From: Pelomyxa schiedti
Lineage: Eukaryota; Protista; Evosea
DNA length: 64,000 nucleotides
Direction: 5' to 3'
NCBI GenBank assembly: GCA_020536535.1
Contig: JAHLWZ010000596.1
Span: 1 to 64,000 of the forward strand
Every line of letters begins with the position of its first letter. Positions within the stretch are counted from its first letter, which is position 1. Of this stretch, positions 50,292-62,070 are shown piece after piece. The notes beneath the pieces are model-generated. The model did no database searches, was not told the origin of the DNA, and saw only the letters and a list, made by a program, of their open reading frames with translations. Both the position numbers and the translations under genes were made by a program.

Positions 50292-50815
50292 TGTGCGGAG
50301 GTCGTGAAGAGGCGTGTGGAGAATTCTCTTTTATTATGTTCGGTCTGTGGCCTTAAAAGGACCCACAATTAGTCACCATCACCTCAGCACAACCTCCCAC
50401 CTGCTCAAGATGTTGCGTCCTCGCAACACCACTCCACTCCCATAAGTGCCACTTGGCCTTCCCGCACAGCACATCCTTTCTGCTTTTGTTGATACTGTGA
50501 CCTGCTGCGCGCCTCGATGGTTCTATTTTGACCACCCCTTTTGCCAGCCTGCCACCGCTCCTTGAGCCGTCTAGCGCACTGCACGAGCACCAAGCATCGC
50601 CGACTCAAGTAGAGCATGTCGCGCCACGCACTCATCAGAGCAGATGTCGTTCTTGACTCACCGTCGCAGGGGTTGATGTCGGAGAGATCATGAACTACCT
50701 CGATGCTACCATAATTGTGCGGAGGTCGTGAAGAGGCGTGTGGAGAATTCTCTTTTATTATGTTCGGTCTGTGGCCTTAAAAGGACCCACAATTAGTCAC
50801 CATCACCTCAGCACA
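50292..50815 (-). mobile_element. TRIM (terminal-repeat retrotransposon in miniature), 524 bp, non-autonomous
   Basis: Identical 100-bp LTRs at 50292-50391 and 50716-50815 with TGTGC...GCACA ends. 5-bp target-site duplication CCAAC at 50287-91 and 50816-20. On the minus strand, PBS TGGTAGCATCGAGG follows the 5' LTR and PPT GAGCAGGTGGGAGGT precedes the 3' LTR. Confidence 0.93.
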
Positions 50816-51076
50816 CCAACCCAACTTATCCAGAAACACAACTCTGGTACAGTTTCCCGCATTCACTGAAGATGAGGTCTAACAACCCTTCATACCGCCA
50901 GTTCTGCGAGTTTGACGACAATGAGACTTTAATTCAGACAATCTTGTTCCTCTTCAGTTAAGGTTTCTGATTACAGATTTCGCGCAACGCCCAACAGGCA
51001 AAAAACCAAAATCATCACAAAAAGCAGCGGTTTTTCGCGTACTCCAGCTAACAGATTTTTCAATAACCCTTAACGC

Positions 51077-52738
51077 ATGACTGACAGCGCATCCACGGCA
51101 TGGTCCTATCTGTTATCGTCGGTCGACGGATCTACGGAGGCCGCCAGCTCTCAAGCCAAGTTGCTCCTGCTGATAAACAAACTGGCCTCGTCAAACAGGA
51201 TAACTGATGAGGAGAAAGCAAAGTTCAAAACGGCCGTGCTCGCCCTCGATGGGAGCAAGTCAGGTGGTGCTTTTTTTTTTTTTTTTTGTTCAATAGATAT
51301 TACTATTTCGGAACGGCAGCTATGGTGTTATGATTAATCGTTGTTACAGCAGAATCGTGGGAAGCTGTAAAGGGCAGCATGCAGGGATTGTTGCAGGAAT
51401 TGAAAGATATTGTTCTTACTCCGCCGTGGGTAGAACAGAGCTTCCAACAACAAAATCTCTTCCAGTCTCCACAGCAGTCTTTATTTCTAAATCAACAAGC
51501 CTCGTTATTTCCTTCTACACAGCAATCCTCTTTGTTTCCCTCTGCACAGCAGACCTCTTTGTTTCCCTCTCCACAACAATCCACTTCGTTTCCAACTCAA
51601 CAGCAGTCATCTTTATTCCCATCTCAACAAACCTCTTTGTTTCCCTCTCCACAACAATCGTCTTTATTTCCGCCTGCGCAGACTGTTGCATGCACCCCGT
51701 CAACTCTCTTCCCGTCAACGCAGCCAAATACGTTTCAACAGCAACCTGTTCAGCAGTCACCAGGGATCGGTTTCCGAAGTGCGAATCCATTCCCCGTTGC
51801 CACCCAACCTCCCCCTGCTACAGGTATCTAGAACTTCTTGTAATTTTATTAAAGCTCGTCCCAGAGGATACCCCCTCTCCTTCGTCGGCCACGGAGACTT
51901 ATAAATGTCCATACTTGAATACTTCGGCTGAATCCTCCATTCCAACATTCAAGGTAGTGCTTGTGGGGGACGGTGGAGTGGGTCTGTACCCATTATTACG
52001 TAGTTTACATGTTAACTCTACAAAGGTAAATCCACATATTTCGAAAGACTAAGTGGTATTTTCTCTACAATAGAATGACTCTTTCATCTGTTTTTAGAGG
52101 GCACCTTTCGCAAAGTGTATATTCCCACCCTGGGGGTTGAGGTTCGCCCCATTACTTTCAACACGAGCAACGGTCCCATTCGGTTTAACTGCTGGGTTCT
52201 TGCCCCTTTTAGTTGCGATTGTGTTAACCCCAACAGGATTGTGCTGGTCTAGAAAAGTTTGGCGGTCTGAGGGATGGTTACTTTATTGGTGTGTCCTCTC
52301 AAAACCACGTCCTCACTAAAAGGATTATAGGTGGCCATGCAGCAATGCTCTTCTTTGATCTTACCTCTCGGTTAACACTTCAAACTACGTCTCGATGGCA
52401 CCACGACATTGTTCGAGTCTGTGAAGCAATACCCGCAGTGGTATATCCCTAACTTTCGAAATTCTCGTAAGTAAATGATTCTTCAATGTAGATGGTAGCT
52501 ACAAAAACCGATATTCCCACCTACAGGAAGATTACAGAGGATGACATTATTGAGGATGCCGAGGTTATTCCCCACATACTAAGCACCCGTTTTCAAATAT
52601 TCCTTTTCCAAAAAGAAAAAGAATCTGCCGTATACTGAAATCAGCTCCAAGACACACACAAACCTCGAAGAGCCCTTCTTAATTCTCGCGAGAGCCCTCA
52701 CACATAACCCCTCTCTCACTTTCGTTAGCCAGCCTTGA
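51077..52738 (+). CDS. Divergent Ran-like GTPase with N-terminal helical and SLFP-repeat extension, Q69L-equivalent substitution and no C-terminal tail
   Basis: [92 protein letters not shown] and [22 protein letters not shown]. Confidence 0.9.
51440..51720 (+). repeat. Coding tandem repeat with a unit of about 30-33 bp encoding (S/T)SLFPSxQQ
   Basis: About 9-10 degenerate copies of tctttgtttccctctccacaacaa. Confidence 0.85.
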
Positions 52739-52933
52739 CCGTCTTGTGTTTACCTTGTATCACTTTCAAAACAAACCTTGTCCCACATAACACTTCCGAA
52801 GCGAAAAAATTACCCGAAAAGCTGAAACGAAAAACAAAAAAAAACCCACCAAAGGCGACACGGTTGATTTTTTTATTTTTTCTTTTGCCAGGCAACAAAC
52901 ACACCCGGACGTTCCTCGAGTTTATTTCCTCCT

Positions 52934-55340
52934 ATGGCAGCCAATCCCCCACCAGCTCACGCCCCACCGGTGGCACACCCCCCAGCTGCCCCATCAGCAA
53001 TTGTAACGACTGAGGACGTAAAGAGGATCCCTTTTGGTCCTTCCGAAATTTCTGCAGACGAAATCGAGGTACATTGTGGGGCACACGATTTGCGTTTTTT
53101 TTTCCCCCCCCCTGCCTCGTGAGATTATTTGGAGGCTTTTCTACTAGTTATTTGACTCTGACATTTATGTTGTTTGCAGTTTTTGTATGAACTGGGGCAT
53201 GGTGGTTTTGGAAGTGTATGGGCAGGAACTTGCCGCAGACAAAATGTGGCTATTAAACGATTGCATGGTGAAAATCGACCTATAAGCAGGGACGACTTTG
53301 AGAAAGAAATGAAAATTATGAGGTGTGTATCCAATGCAGCGTTATATTTAATTTTAATCATTTCCATGCCAACTGTAGCATGCTTGCTCATGCCAATGTT
53401 TGCCAGTATCTGGGGTCGAGTAGACGTGGTCACGAGCTTCTTATTGTTATGGAATTACTTCCAAAGGGAGACTTAGCCTCTTTGATGCACAAGTATGTTG
53501 TCATCTTGCTTTTGGAGCAAGTAAAACTAAACAAGCGCAATTCTAACAGGGAGGAATTGTCTCTTCACCTACGATTGAAAATGGCATGTGATGCAGCCCA
53601 TGGATTAGTGTGGCTACACAAAAATAACCCAGTTATTCTTCACCGGTTTAACCATCTCTTCTTCTACATCCTTGTTCATTTCAGAGGTCTAATGTTCTCA
53701 TAGTGATTTAAAGACAAGCAACCTTCTTGTTGACGAGCATTATCGAGTCAAGCTGTGTGGTACGTACTCACAAAATTAAGCTCTAGATAGAATGTAACTT
53801 ATCACAAAGACTTTGGCTTGTCTGGCCTGAAACCAGTCGGAAAGCACTTAGAATCAGGAAAAATTGGAACGCCTGTTTACTCTGGTGTGTCTTGAACTGT
53901 AAGTTAATTCAGATTAATTGCCCTTAGCCCCTGAAATATACTTGCGCCAAGAAGAGTATTCAACCAAGGTTGGGAGATTTGTACTTTAATCCTTGGTTCA
54001 TGGATTTAGGCTGATGTGTATTCATTTGGCATATGTCTATGGGAGATTGCCACCAAAGTAGAGCCATTCCCCCAAATTCAAACAGAGCAAGGTTTTAACA
54101 TAAAGCACCAGAACACTCCTCTAATCCATTTCTTAACAAAAAGAATTCAAGATCATACTTCAGGCAGGAACACGACCAGATGTAACCAATATTTCTCCTC
54201 CATCCTTAGTAAGACTGATGCAAGATTGCTGGAAACCTGTATGCTACATAGTAGTGTTTGATCACTAATTTTTTAAGAACCCTGCCGAACGACCAGACTT
54301 TGACGAAATCATCCAAAGGTTGTTAATTTTACATGCTCTATCTATTACTAAATTTAGTATCAGACTTGAAGCCATTTGCGTTGATTGTGTGGTCTTTGAC
54401 CGGTGGGCCAATGAATTCTGGCTTACGTATGTAAATACTTGTATACTTTCTGTTTTCTCACTATTCTTTGTATAGACTTTTCCGAGGAAGGGTGTGTTCA
54501 CTTTTCTTTTCCACTAAATATAATTGTTTTTAGGATACTGTTCCATGGACAGAGTTTTGGAATAGTTTTGCCATCTCGGCAGGAGTCCAAACGGGAGCCA
54601 CCAAGCAAGCTTCATGCCTGCGTTTAATTTTATGTAATTTCCCCGTTTTTGTGTTCTATTTTCAAACCGACTTGCATCAGGTGGTCCAAACAAAAATCAA
54701 GTATCCATTGAAAATTGGGGAAGATTACTCTCGTCATTTGGTCCGGGAGATACAAATCTTCTAAGAAGAGTAAGAATATGGCCCTTTTCCGAAGCTAATT
54801 TTTATCAAATTAGGTTCATGATCTCTGTCAAGAACCATATTTCCATGGGGAAATAACAACCAAGGAAGCTGTTGATAAACTAGTGGGTTTGGAAAGTGGC
54901 TCTTTTCTCGTTCGATTCAGTCAGCAGCCTGGATTCTTTGCTATATCCCTCAAGGAAGCCGACGGCAGAATAACTCATTACAGGTAATACTACATTTACC
55001 TTTTCATTAAACTGATCCTATTTTTTCCACCCAGGGTGGAAATGGTGGGTTCCAGAGCAGTTTTAGATGGAAATGCATATGACAGTGTCAGAGCACTTGT
55101 ATGACTATTTTACGTTGCACTCTGAACTCATCAAAACAATCGATACAGGTCAGGGCATATGCTACAATTCTGCATACCCCTTGCAAGGGCTCAATGTTTT
55201 CATCCATTTTTGTGGACAATGCCTCTTCTATGTACGCTGCAGACAAACTAAGTGCAGGTCCAAGTGCTACACTCCTGTCAAGACCTGCTGAAGAAACACC
55301 TGCCAACACAACACCCACACCAACACCTTCCAAACACTGA
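52934..55340 (+). CDS. SHK-type kinase (TKL kinase domain plus C-terminal SH2 domain)
   Basis: ELGHGGFGSVWAG..VAIK, HRDLKTSNLL, DFGLS, DVYSFGICLWE, and an SH2 domain FHGEITTKEA..L..GSFLVRFS..PGFFAIS. Confidence 0.88.
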
Positions 55341-55388
55341 GTCCAAAAAAACTTGTAGCAACTTTATTTTGGTTTTTAAATACATGAA

Positions 55389-56498
55389 TTACGGCTTCTT
55401 TGCTTTCCCTTGTCGTACCAGTGCTTGTAGAAACTTTTTTACACCAAGGGGACCCTGTGCTGTTGGGTCCAGTTTAAATTCAATAAGCATTGACGCTACT
55501 TGTCCTTAAAAACCGATAAGCGAAAGTAGAAAAAGAAAGAGGGAAAAACCTGATCTTATTGCATATTGCAGGACATCCATGGTTTGCGCTAACTGAGGAC
55601 TCCTGAGGAGCTCCCCTAGTCCCTTCAGGTTTCTTTCCTCTGTGTATGAATTAACTGAGAAGAATTAATATACGATTCAATTACCTTCAGGGAGAAACTG
55701 ATACAAAGCCTGTGCTATTTCTGGACGACGGGTCATAATATCGATTACCTGGGGAGCGGGAAACGAGGAGTTAGAAATGACAAGACATAATAAACACCCA
55801 GAGAGACAACAAAATTCCTCCGGCAAACCTTGGAAGGCACAACAACAGAAGTGAGTTCCAAGTCCTCCTCCAAAGCCATATCAGGTGGTAACTGTATAGC
55901 AGCAGCCAAACTCTGCAAAGCAGCCAAGTTCGCAGCATAGCTATTTGGGCCACCAGAAGAAGAAGAAGCCGGGGGCGCAACGCCAAGCAGAGCGTTCGTG
56001 AGTGCATCCTCAGGTGACAGCGAAAAAGGGGGAGGCATTGCCGGAGGGGGGCTGACGAGGGGGTCGGTCAGGGCACCCTGGAGCATGTGAATGTCTTCAG
56101 AGTCGCGCTCTGGCCGGTCTTGGTGCCAGAAAAAAAGCCTCTGGGTGCTCTTGGTCCAGCTGAGAACAAATGACCGGCGGCTGGGCACCGTTTTGACCTC
56201 AACTTCGCCTGGTAAGCATGTAGCCAGGTCCTCAATTTTGCCAGTCAAGGTGTCTCTCCAGCAAAGTTTCTTGTGGGAGCAGTCGGTCGGTGTTGCAACA
56301 ATAACACACAAAAAACCAATGGTGCAAAACAAATTAAACTGTAACAAAGGGGGAAAAAAAAAATAGTCTTTCCAAGGAGAAGTGAAAATGTACAATGCTT
56401 ATTGGGGTCCTTGTGACAAGCAACACCCCTTGTTTGGGATCAGGAACCACGTTGTTGGTGCCTGGGGCCTTGAACAGTCTCCCTGCCTTCACCTCCAT
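55389..56498 (-). CDS. RPN13: Proteasomal ubiquitin receptor RPN13/ADRM1
   Basis: Pru domain MEVKAGRL..VVPDPKQG..LCWRD..RSFVL..RLFFWHQD, and a C-terminal region with LYQFLPEG..LRSPQ. Confidence 0.85.
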
Positions 56499-57109
56499 TT
56501 AGAAAAGGGCGAATAATTAGATTAGGAATTGGTGATGAGAAACTTGTTCCGCGAAACCCAGATTTTCTGTGTCGAAGTACGAAACCGAACAACAGGCCCG
56601 CCTCTTGGTGGGTGTTGTTGAGCAGATCGACGAGGGACTCGTGAGGCACTCGTCGCAACCCATCGTGGTTCTCGCCCGCAACACCAACAACATAACAGCA
56701 TGCAACGACTGTTATCGATGCCGTACGAGCTGGGCTACTTCCTGACACCAACTCAGTCAAATGCGAACAGGAAAGCACAGGGTCGGCTACGGCTGGGGAT
56801 CGGGCTCGGACCAGTGAGCGGGACTCGGAGGGAGCCGCCACCCGCCCAGGCAGAGAGAACGGCCTAGCAGCAGCTACCGAATTGTGGGATTATAGACCGA
56901 GTGGGCGAGTACGTCAGCGCCGCCCGCGGGCGAGATTGATACCGCTGAGGCTTGCTCTTCGATGCTCGTTGTTGCCCGCGGCACTGCGAATTCTGAGCGG
57001 ATACCGCCATTGATTGTGAGTTCCATGAAGTTTTATAGCTGTGGACTCACAACAACTCCAAGTAGGGGGAATGATTTCTTTGGGCTCTGCCTTTCACCGG
57101 CTCGGTGAA

Positions 57110-57600
57110 AACTGTGATTCGGCAGAAGTAACTATTTGGCAATGACAGGTATTTAATGACACTGCACTCCGCGTTTGTGATGACTGATGCGAGTTCCTTT
57201 CAGTTGGCTGTAAAGTAGCTCCTTCAGTCCACTATCGCACTTCCAGAATCACTACAACCACGAGTTGGACCCAATGGCTTCGATTGTGTTATTATAGACC
57301 CACCATGGAAGAATAAAAGTGCCCACCGAGCACATGTTTACCGCACCCTGATGACAAGCTATCGGCACTGCCCGTAGCCGGTCTGCTCATACCACACTCT
57401 CTTGTGGCAGTGTGGTAACAGGCTCTGGGAGTTCACTACCCAAACACTCTTTTCTCACTGCGGATTGTAGTACCTCCTTCGCGGAATTAGTATGCCCGGT
57501 GCCATCCCCCACAAGGAGCCCTACAACCAGTGGCCGTTGGAATTACCCCGTGCGGCGCTCCAACCTGGACGAAGTGCTCCTCCAATCTCCCATCTACTGC
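57110..57600 (+). pseudogene. MT-A70 family (METTL4-like) adenine methyltransferase, degraded
   Basis: RYLMTLHSAFVMTD, FDCVIIDPPWKNKSAHR..Y.TL, then frameshifted LSALPVAGLL..LVAVW* (the WVTN motif is broken), and remnants LEL..LQPG and EVL. Confidence 0.7.
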
Positions 57601-58018
57601 AGCACCACCCATCACCTCATGATCACTGGGTCTCACTTCAACAAACATCATTCCCAAGGGTTTACGGCAACAACTGTGACTACCCTAGTCAAGTTGTTGT
57701 CCCTTTGCTCAACGTCATTCCCCATTTGTAATGTCCACGTTACCTCATTTTGCCACTACAACCTCCAAGTTGGGTTCATCAGGAGGGCCAAATTGTTTCC
57801 AAACGAGAGGCAAGTACTGCTCACTAAGTCCAACACCGTGCCGACGAAACATAACGACATGGGGTCATTTATAACAACAGAACTGCGTACCTCTGGGAGT
57901 AAAACTTTTTGGCGCCAAAATTTTCACCTTTTAAGGGAAAATTTTGAGGCAAAATTAACAATTAAAAAAAAAAGGAGGAACAACCAGCAAAGAAGAGGCG
58001 GCTAACAGACAGCAGTGC

Positions 58019-58180
58019 AGTGCATTTGGAGCGGTGGTGCATTTGGAGAGTGGTTGCAGTTTGGTAGCATTTGGAGCGGCGCATTTGGGTGCATTTGGGA
58101 GCAGCAAGGCGCATTTGGGAGCATTTGGGGGAGCAAAGAGTGGGTGGTTTGGGAGCAAGCATTTTGGGAGCATCTGGGTG
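58019..58180. repeat. Degenerate GCATTTGG(G/A) minisatellite
   Basis: About 10 imperfect copies of gcatttgg[ga] within 160 bp. Confidence 0.75.
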
Positions 58181-58565
58181 GTGCAGGCATCATTTTTGGG
58201 GATAGTGGGGTGGGATACATAATATCATCCATTCTGCTGATAGATAATACAGGCGGGGGAAAATATTATTAATTCCTCGTGCTCAGCACCACCCTCACTC
58301 AGTGAGGGTGAAGAGGTTCCCCTACAAGCCGCCTCTCTATTGCACAGAGAGGAGAGCGCTAAATGCCTGCTATCAGAGTCAATTAATTAAATTTGTGGTT
58401 AAAATTACGTCAAGCAATTTTTTCTATGAACACAGTATAAACTCGCCAACAGTGAATTTGGAGCTGTTTTACAGCTATGTGTTCCAGGTGTACCTCTCGT
58501 GGCGTATCACCAACCGACAAAAAAGCAGCGAACAACGATGAAAATTAATTTATTTTTGTACTAAG

Positions 58566-60224
58566 TTACTTAGGACAACAGTGCTGCATGGGCAGAAATT
58601 GATTCATAGAACATCTCCTCAAGGACTGAGGAAGTTTCAATGGTGAGTCGCAGGTCATCAGAGTCCACAAGTGCCACGTAGCCCTCGTGCCTGCGACGCA
58701 CTGCGTAGCCCTCACTGTTGGATGTGATGCATGAGAAGTCAGTGGGCAAGAGTGACATGTATGCTGAAACAAAGGCCTCATAGTTCTGGGGTGGAACAGC
58801 AGCTTGCGGAGGAGGTGTGGGTGAAGTTGTTGTGGTTGAGGATGTTGATGAATCATTGGACTTGGGCTGCTGGAGAGTGCTGCGTTGTGGGGATACACGG
58901 GAGAGCTCCGCGGGAGAGAGGAAGCGGAGAGGGAGAAGCTCGTGGGCACAATGAAGTGGGAGGGAGGTGAGGGTGCCTCCAGAGGGTGTGGTGTCGGATT
59001 TCATTTGAGTCATTGCCACGAGAGAAAAGTGCATGTATCTTGTATTTGGAGTGAAATCAGTTGGTCATTGTTTCATTTAGTGGAGATACACTTACGTGTA
59101 TAAGATGGGCAGTGGCGTTTTTATGCACTCATTTGGTGGGTAAAGAAGGGGTAAATACAACCCGGCCAAACCCCAGAATGACTAAGAAAGCTTTAACCGA
59201 AAATAAATAACTTGGCGGAGTTACCTTCTTGGAATAAATAATAATTGGCCTGGTTTTTTTTTAGGGACTAAAGGTTAGCTGGGTTTGACTTGGTTTTTCC
59301 TCTACCTTCTCAATACATTTGCAAGTAGGAAAATATGATAATCACCAAGGTAATGCCTTGGATCACTGATGCACTCGGTATCAAACATCCGAGTTCTTTC
59401 AATCTCTGCAGCAGCAATTTCCACACCATTAGCCTGTCTAAGAAATAAGTTGTTGCACATAGACTCTGCTATATTTGCACACAGTATTTGCTCACTTGCA
59501 TAGCGTTCTGACAATTCTTTTTGGTATACTGGATGCTTTGCAAGAACCTGCAGGGAGTTTCTCAGAATGTGGGTGGAGTCGACTACTCTCCATAAAGCCA
59601 GAGAAGCAGCATGACAGAGGCAATTTCCATCCCCTTCACTTAAACATTAGTTTTAACAGTTAAGAGTCCTGGCCCATTACCTAAGGTACGATAAATTACG
59701 TATTGTGGCAAAAAGTCGTCAGTTGGTATATTTTCACGTAATTCTGCCGTGAAAGCTTTATCAATTATTCGATCTTGCACCATGACGCCTTCACGAGATT
59801 TGTCAGATTCCTTTGTTCTTACAATCCCAAAGCCTTTTGCCTTGAGAGCTTGATTTCAATCAGAAGAAAGCCAAGCCAACAAGCCAGAATGCTAAAAACT
59901 AACCTGGGAATAGTACTTTAGCCTCAGGTGATGCGAGCATGACAGTGCTGACATCACCCCTCACCGCTGCCGCCACTTCGTCACTGGCATCCTCCACAGT
60001 TATGGGAATGTTGTGAAGTGCCTTCTGCTCCTCAATTTCGCTCTGCTTCATTGACAACTCCATGGCAGAGTCGATTTCTAGTACGTTCGAGTTGTAATTT
60101 TTTAACATTTTGCGTTGCGTGCTGCCGTACGTGTTTGGTCTTCTCTGGACGCCAACAACGCTCGTTGTAATTCGTCGTCCTCGAGGGACGCCAGCGATGC
60201 CGCTAAAACACTGGCCAAATCCAT
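58566..60224 (-). CDS. UIM-containing A20/Cezanne-type OTU deubiquitinase; either a separate gene or the C-terminal part of the upstream RhoGAP
   Basis: UIM-like EDDELQRALLASRE and DSAMELSMKQSE. OTU motifs GDGNCLCHAASLALW, HIFLLANVLRRPIII and GLYLPLLYPPNEC..P..I.Y..MHF. Confidence 0.8.
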
Positions 60225-60274
60225 AGATGATGTTTCAAAAAACTTTTGGCTTGGTTTAGGCAGTATTTTATTAT

Positions 60275-62070
60275 TTAAAACTTACGAGGGATAACTGGTG
60301 GGGGCTTTTTGGGTGCTGTGGAAGGTGAATCGGGGGTGAACGAGGATTTGTTGTGGATTGAGTCTTTGGGGAGCCCGGGGGCTTCTTTGTGTGGTGGGTG
60401 ATGTTGTTGTGGGGAAGCTGTGGGTGCGGACTGAAATTTGGTTGGTGGGGGAGGGGATGGTCTGTTGAGTGCAGGGTGGTGCGTGGATTCGGTGCCGTGG
60501 GTTTCAGGGAGTGTTGGGGAAGTTTTGGTGGAGTGGAATGTTTGTGGAGTGGCCGGGGATGGCGATGGCGATGGTGAAGATAACTTAGATGGTGGGGGCG
60601 GAGGTTGCTTTACTGGAGCTCCGGGTGCTCTCGTTGTTGGACTGGTTGACGTCGAAGCTGTTGTTGTTGTTGACGAACTTGCTGGGGTGCTACCGAGGGG
60701 ACGCTGTGATTCTTTGGGTGTCGGTGGTGTAGCGTACGAGTGGGGGGATGGGTGGTTCGCAGGTGGAGCCGCATGGGAATGTGGCTGTGGCGGTGTGGGT
60801 TGTGCCGGTGGAAGAGGAGGTGGTGGAGTAGACCCAGAGGAAGATAATGAGCTGCTTGATAGATCATCGGCTTCCACCTCATTACCGCCCTCATGGGTTC
60901 CGCCAACACGGTTCCCAATTTTGTGCGCTTGTTGAATGGCAGCCTTTCTTGCTTTGGAAGCTTTGTGGGCAGTACTACGGGCTGCTTTATTGAGGAATTT
61001 AACAGCACTCGCTTTGCTTGGAATGTGTGAAGTGGGAGAATCGGAAAGCTCTGAAGAGTCATCAGAGGAGGAAGGGTCAGCAGCAAGGTTATCAGTTGAA
61101 ACATCTAACCCCTTGTAAAGTGAGTGACATCTGGAAATTACTCACGATATTGACCTTAAATAGCATAGTAAAGTGCTCAAGCATGAAGGTCATAAGCTCA
61201 TTTGCATAGTTGGAATCTTCCAGCATTACAGAAATATCACCTCCAGCAGGTCGGAGAATGTTGGGTCCAAAGACTTCGTTGAAGGTTATTTATTTTTTAA
61301 TGCACAACAAAATACCAATTGCAAGGTTGGCTGCTTTCATTTTATTCTCATTTGAATGAGAAGCCACTCTTGTGAGGAAAGAAACTAAATACTTCAACAG
61401 TATGAGGTTTTGCCTAGTGTGCCAGGTTGGAGCTTCAAGTTTCATAAAGAATAGTACGCACTTGGGAATGAACTGAAAAACTTGCCGAATTTTGTTTGCT
61501 TTGAGCTCAACATCAGGCACAGCTGGGGAAAGTGAGAATTATAATCTACAGTATAATGGAGTAAACCTATAGCTGCAATAAACATATCGTACTGCAAAGT
61601 GTTGGTTCATTAAAATGAAGAAGCTTGCTTACCATATCAAACGTCAGTAGGGCTTCAGGAAGTTCCCTTCGAATATTTAGAGGGGTTTTCGCATTTTTAT
61701 TGAAGCCAACCTAAACCATAATTTAAGTAGCCCAGCAACAGCATGAGGGTCACAAGGCGCCAGAGCTGACAGGTCGGGGGTCTCCCCTCTGTCATAACGC
61801 GCTTTCATATCTAAGACCAAATTTTGATTGCCACTCTGCCGAAACAGCCCCTCCAACTGGGGGAAAGGGAAAAAAAAAGATGGGGTTTAGAAACGTAAGG
61901 AGTAACAAGGGGTAACATACTTCCAGGAAATTTTTGCCTGGCGTTTCCAAGTATTCTACACACTGGCTTACAATTGGAGGTATGGCATTGTTGGCTTTCA
62001 AGGGGCGGCCAAAGACAAGGTTTTTGTGCTTCTTCGACGTTCTCAAAGAAGAAGACGCCGACGAACTCAT
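60275..62070 (-). CDS. RhoGAP domain protein with a long Pro-rich region
   Basis: VFGRPL..IPPIVSQCVEYL, EGLFRQSG (arginine finger), DPHAVAGLLKL, ELPEALLT and NKMKAANLAI. Confidence 0.88.

Noticed and set aside
50405-50635. 76-aa ORF inside the TRIM, and a weak resemblance of another frame (LAKGVVKIEP) to Copia RNase H
   Set aside because: Too short and weak to support a coding call without a profile search.
51440-51720. Regular 33-bp repeats as a possible CRISPR array
   Set aside because: No unique spacers, the repeats are in-frame coding sequence, and the context is eukaryotic.
58430-58460. cagtataaactcgcc resembling a Tigger/pogo TIR
   Set aside because: I found no inverted partner or TA duplication nearby.
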